From Carcharhinus amblyrhynchos (Eukaryota): a stretch of 64,000 nt of DNA. The notes beneath the pieces were generated by a model. It saw only the letters and a list, made by a program, of their open reading frames with translations, searched no databases and was not told where the DNA came from. Positions 63,400 through 64,000 of the stretch are shown one piece after another. The stretch is from NCBI GenBank assembly GCA_965287045.1, contig OZ336885.1, forward strand, positions 59,148,001 to 59,212,000, written 5' to 3'. Position 1 is the first letter of the stretch. Each line of letters starts with the position of its first letter. The position numbers were made by a program, and so were the translations under genes.

Positions 63400-63790
63400 C
63401 ATTCAATATTCCAATACCGTGTTCACGTTTTCCATCAGTCCCAGTTGACCAGAGTTTCCAGGACACTTCTGGCAGTTAGTCTGTGTCGGGATTTCGAATA
63501 AACTCGCTGCCCTTTGCACATTTTAAAAAGAATATATGGTTCAACCGCTTTTTAGACCTCAGCCACTACTTTATAAATCTTGACACAGACAGTAATAAAA
63601 CAATTATAGATTTTTCATTACTCGTCTTTCTGACAGTTTCCATTGGTTCTCTGGACAGAAGTATGTTCTCCAACGTCTCTGATAACTTAGATTCAGGTAT
63701 TCTTCAGTCTTCTTGTTACTGCTCTTCAGTACCTCCACTCGTACCTCACTAGCATCCGCTGTGAAGTTCTCGCTGTGACTGTCCCAAACA
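63400..63790 (-). pseudogene. Candidate IgC2-TM remnant
   Basis: EEYLNLSYQRRWRTYFCPENQ, followed after a frameshift by KSIIVLLLSVSRFIK*WLRSKKR. Confidence 0.28.
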
Positions 63791-64000
63791 CTTATTCTAA
63801 GGTTTGGAACAAATCTAAGAGGTATTCTCAGTCTAAAGGACTTGCTGGTTAGGTGCATTGGCCACGCTAAATTTTCGTTCAGTGTACCCGGACAGACTAG
63901 AGTGTGGCGACAAGGGGATTGTCACAAAAACTTCATTGCAGTGTTGATGTCAATGTAATTCATGACACTAGTAACATAAACAAACATCCTGGACCCGTTT

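Noticed and set aside
1-64000. Endogenous large DNA virus or Polinton as the source of the intronless Ig genes
   Set aside because: No polymerase, capsid, packaging ATPase, integrase or terminal repeats were recognised; kept only as a minor alternative.

Overview
Repeat-rich vertebrate genomic DNA, most likely a shark: it carries CR1, Rex1/Babar and L2-like LINEs, HE1/V-SINE-type tRNA SINEs and a GPR139-like receptor of the kind expanded in cartilaginous fishes. The only apparently intact coding sequence is the main exon of a GPR139/GPR142-like class A GPCR (31648-32528, +); a decayed paralogue lies at ~45.1-45.4 kb. The main hidden signal is that much of the non-repeat DNA between transposon fragments, read by hand across stops and frameshifts, resembles decayed CD2/SLAM-like Ig-superfamily receptor genes (signal peptide, IgV, IgC2, TM, Tyr-motif tail). 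There are roughly 10-15 remnants on both strands, and the best-preserved ones appear to have an intronless coding region. An old ~7-8 kb tandem segmental duplication (1.5-8.5 kb vs 10.9-19.0 kb), an inverted paralogy (1-900 vs 34.9-36.5 kb), two degenerate 35-37 bp satellites, a perfect 21-bp hairpin and a promoter-like CpG/G-quadruplex tract (56.3-57.7 kb) are also present. All family assignments come from manual motif recognition without database searches, and coordinates of decayed elements are approximate.
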